Source: the human T2T-CHM13v2.0 reference genome, Homo sapiens. From it: a stretch of DNA of 64,000 bases. Below the pieces are notes generated by a model. It made no database searches. It was given only the letters and a program-made list of their open reading frames with translations, and was not told where the DNA came from. The translations under genes and the position numbers were made by a program. The DNA lies in assembly GCF_009914755.1 (NCBI RefSeq), contig NC_060931.1. The stretch is one strand, 5' to 3'. Shown here piece by piece: positions 50,130-64,000 of this stretch (within the stretch, counting starts at the first letter, position 1; each line of letters starts with the position of its first letter).

Positions 50130-50710
50130 TCAGCAGATTTTCAGTTTCAAGATAACTGAAAATCCATTTTTATCTGACTTAGACAAAATGAAACAAAACA
50201 CCAAACCAACAAACAACAACCACACAATTTCACTGATTCGCATAACTGAAAAGTCTAAGGTTAGGGCTTGTTTCAGGCACCACTGATCTTGTGGCTCAAA
50301 CTATGTCACTGGGACTTGGTTTAACCCTGTCTCAGCTCTACCTTTCCTCAGTGTTACCTTCTCTCTCAGGAGCCCTGGGGTAGCCCCCAGTGGCTGCAGG
50401 TCATCTGTAATCCCAGGGGGTCCCAGCAAAAGAGAGAGGGAATCCCTTTCAGTAATGGTCCTCCTCCCCAACTAAATTAGAGGCTTCATTCTGACTGGAC
50501 CAAGTTAGAGCGCATAACCATCCCTGGGCTCTGATTGGCCAGAACAGAGTCCGGCGTTCCACCTGCCAGGTGGAAGGGTAGATCTCTCCCATGCTCACTG
50601 AGCCTGAGACAGGAGGTGGGGTGGCATCCCAAAGGAAATCTAGCATGCTGGTACCAGAACGGGGAATAGGTGCTGGGCTTGGAAAAATAACAGACAAACA
50701 TTCAGTGCTA
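50130..50710 (-). mobile_element. Old MLT1 (K/L-like) LTR
   Basis: CATAACTGAAAAGTC...CTGATTGGCC...TGCTGGTACCAGAA motifs. Confidence 0.6.
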
Positions 50711-50855
50711 CCCATTTAAGCATTTGAAATAATTTCACTTCAAAATCAGAGTGGTCGAGTCTCAGACACATGAGATTCTGTCTCAGATTTCTGGTGGCTT
50801 GAATGGAGGGTGTACAGAATCATGTCTTGATAAATGTTTAACTTCTAAGATTTGA

Positions 50856-52565
<1,710 letters not shown>

Positions 52566-52919
52566 TAAGCTTGTCTTGAAGTTTTTCTGTTTTGCAGGAC
52601 TCTTCCTGAGCAGTACATTTTCTTCTCTTCTAACAGAGTTAGAATTTATTGCTTACAACTCTTTCAGAAAATGGCAGTAATTAGAAATGGAGTCTGAGGA
52701 GGGGGATTTGCTCAAAATACGAGTATCGTTTCTTTACCATTTTTCTTTAGCAATGTATTCTGTAATCATAAATGAGCTACATGAAGATCTGAGCACAGCC
52801 TGGAAATATTGCATGTTTAATATCAGCCTCCTTTCCCTTCTTCAGAATTAAACTCTGGATCCTTCCTAGACTTGGCCAGTTCCAAGTCACGACTTCGTCA
52901 GATACACTCTTGCTGTAAG

Positions 52920-54894
<1,975 letters not shown>

Positions 54895-54990
54895 AAGAAG
54901 TTTGAAAAGTTGGGAAACACTGGGTAAACTTATTTTTAAACAGTGTATTAGTCAGCTTTTCAAATAATATGGTCAGTATCTTTTTCTTCA

Positions 54991-59214
<4,224 letters not shown>

Positions 59215-59329
59215 AATTTCATCTATTTTTATTTAACAAAATCATATCTGTAATGAACTGATCATACTTGAAATGCAAAATTCAATTATACTTCAATATT
59301 TTTTATTTCTTTTTCCTGTGTCATTCCAT

Positions 59330-59875
59330 TAGGAGTTTGTGACGGACTCCCCTTGCCTGAAGAACCCTTAATGGTCTTCCCCAGAGGTAGACACTTTGCA
59401 AGGGGCTGCAGGTCCCCTTAGGACTGATATCTACTACTTTCATTGCTCCTAGACCTATGTGATTTAGCTTATAGCAGGTCCCTCAGAATGAGGTACAAAG
59501 TGTAACCTGTGAAGAGACAAAACACACGTTGAAGAATTACATTGTTTTACCAATTTATGTCAACCAATTCCCAGACTGAAAACAGTTTACAGATGCAGAA
59601 CCTCTCGCATATACCAATTTATATCAACCAATTTATATCATTCTGGAGAATATGTGTGGGATTGGGTCCTCAGAGTATGGGATCAGGGTGAAAGAAATAT
59701 AAAGTGGGGCCAGGCTAAATGGATTGCTATGAGCTCACTAAGCAGAGATTCTGGACTTCATATTGTTAGCTCAAGTTGTTAGAAATGGTTCTGATAGTTT
59801 GTTTGGTTAGTTAACTTGAAGTCTGGACCCAAAGGTGGCTTAGGCTGAATAAAGTTTCCTTGGTATACTATGGAG
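59330..59875 (+). mobile_element. ERVL (HERVL-like) gag internal fragment, decayed
   Basis: GAATATGTGTGGGATTGGGTCCTCAGAGTATGGGATCAGGGTGAAAGAAATATAAAG reads EYVWDWVLRVWDQGERNIK, resembling ERVL Gag. Confidence 0.7.
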
Positions 59876-60602
59876 CAGAATTTCTCAATCTTGGCATTAT
59901 TAACTACGAAAGAATCAAAATGGAGCCACTTATGTTAAAAACCCTGGCAAATAGAGTGGCAAAGTCCATGAAGGAAGGGTTCTCATGCATGAATCCCTGA
60001 TAATAAGAACTATTACAAAAAACTCTACAAAACCACAACCTTGCACAAAGGCCATCTCAACTTTACACAGAAAAATACTTCTGCAAGGATGTACATCTGC
60101 ACAGCAACTGACCATCCAGCCTCCCTTGTTATTGATCCATGTAGCTGAGAATAATTATCTCAAAACAATTATGTAATCCTTCTCACTTTTCCTTTAAAAA
60201 CCTTTATCTTCCTTTACCTCCCTGAATATGCCTCAGTTACTATGGCACGTGTATTCTTATTGCAATGCCTCTTCCCCAATAAAATGATTTTCTTTTGGAG
60301 AGTCTCCCTTTCTGTTTGCTATTTAGGTTGACATAACGTAAGACTTTGTGGTGGGGTGCTGTCCTGTGCACCGTAGAATGTTTAGCAGCAGTGCTGAGAC
60401 TAGGGTGAGTTGAGTGAGACAGCTAGCTTTGGGCCCTGGGTACCTCACTCACCTAATCCTTGTCCTGGCTTCATTTAGCAGTAGCCGTGGCTCCTAGACA
60501 CTAGGTACCAGTAGCACCCAGCTAGCTGTGACAACCAAAGATGTTTCCAGACATTGCCAAATGTCTCTAGGAGGCAAAATCACCTTTAGTAGGGAACCAC
60601 TG
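59876..60602. mobile_element. MER20 with a nested ERV1 LTR (59905-60333) and a MER96-like MITE (60389-60473)
   Basis: TSDs: CTAT(G/A)GAG (MER20), TAAC (LTR), TTTAGCAG (MITE). Confidence 0.8.
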
Positions 60603-60948
60603 CTATAGAGGAAAGTTTCCAAAGTTTTCATAATTACTCGTTTCTATCATGTGTAATATGTGTTATGAAAACTCGCAGTGCAAGGAAAATGCCTGGAATT
60701 CTGCCTAGATGTAAATTTATAAGAATGTAATAATGATGACTAGTAAATACATAATTCAAAAATATCATCACTTTGGAAATGATATGCCATGGATTTACTT
60801 CAAAATAGTCCTGTGGTGGGGGCAGTAAGTGCGAGTGGTGATGAAATAAGAATGGCTACAAGTCGATGACTATTGTAGCTGGGGGTTGGGTTCATGGGCC
60901 TTTGTTGTACTATTATTATCTTTACCTCATATATATTTGATTCCATGA

Positions 60949-63345
<2,397 letters not shown>

Positions 63346-63383
63346 AAGCTTTTTTTTAAAAAGAAAAAAAAAAAAAAAAGATT

Positions 63384-63812
<429 letters not shown>

Positions 63813-64000
63813 ATTTAAACTAGAACTTATTTTTTAATTGTGCAAGCCCTATGCTTACCTAAGGAAAGATACTAGATCCTTTAGAGATGTTTTTCAAAAG
63901 TATTGTCCATAGATGATCCACATCAGAATTACACAGGCTGCTTGTTAGAGAAGGTAAATTTTCAGTGTGCTTGTTTGCTCAACCTAACCTCTCAACCGAG

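Noticed and set aside
50557-50575. 9-bp inverted repeat TTCCACCTG-C-CAGGTGGAA and nearby CCAAT
   Set aside because: Short, inside an old MLT1 LTR, and compatible with chance.

Overview
This is primate genomic DNA, almost certainly human given the AluYa5, with no intact intron-containing gene. By manual count about 70 Alu copies or fragments are interspersed with old L1, MaLR/ERV LTRs, MIR/L2 and DNA transposons. Most ORFs in the track are Alu/L1 translation artefacts. The non-transposon content is five L1-mediated retrocopies: (1) a full-length MAP2K2 (MEK2) processed pseudogene with a 15-bp TSD, poly(A) and a 380-codon open but kinase-dead frame (53156-54894, +); (2) a cytochrome c processed pseudogene encoding the ancestral-type protein (44295-44781, -); (3) a KRAB-ZNF retrocopy; (4) a 5' fragment of U4 snRNA; (5) a 5' fragment of U6 snRNA. 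The MAP2K2 and CYCS pseudogenes together fit my recollection of human 7q32.1 (between TNPO3 and TSPAN33), which I cannot verify here. The most interesting observation is the KRAB retrocopy. It is larger than the obvious KRAB fragment: a 12-bp TSD splitting one old L1 brackets 3.08 kb (20570-23648). The insert looks like a fossil mRNA of a zinc-finger-less (KRAB-only) isoform that leaves the spacer exon at an internal donor, adds a 126-nt novel exon and splices into an exonised antisense Alu. Repeat subfamily names and parent-sequence comparisons come from recalled consensus sequences, and repeat boundaries are approximate unless a TSD is quoted.
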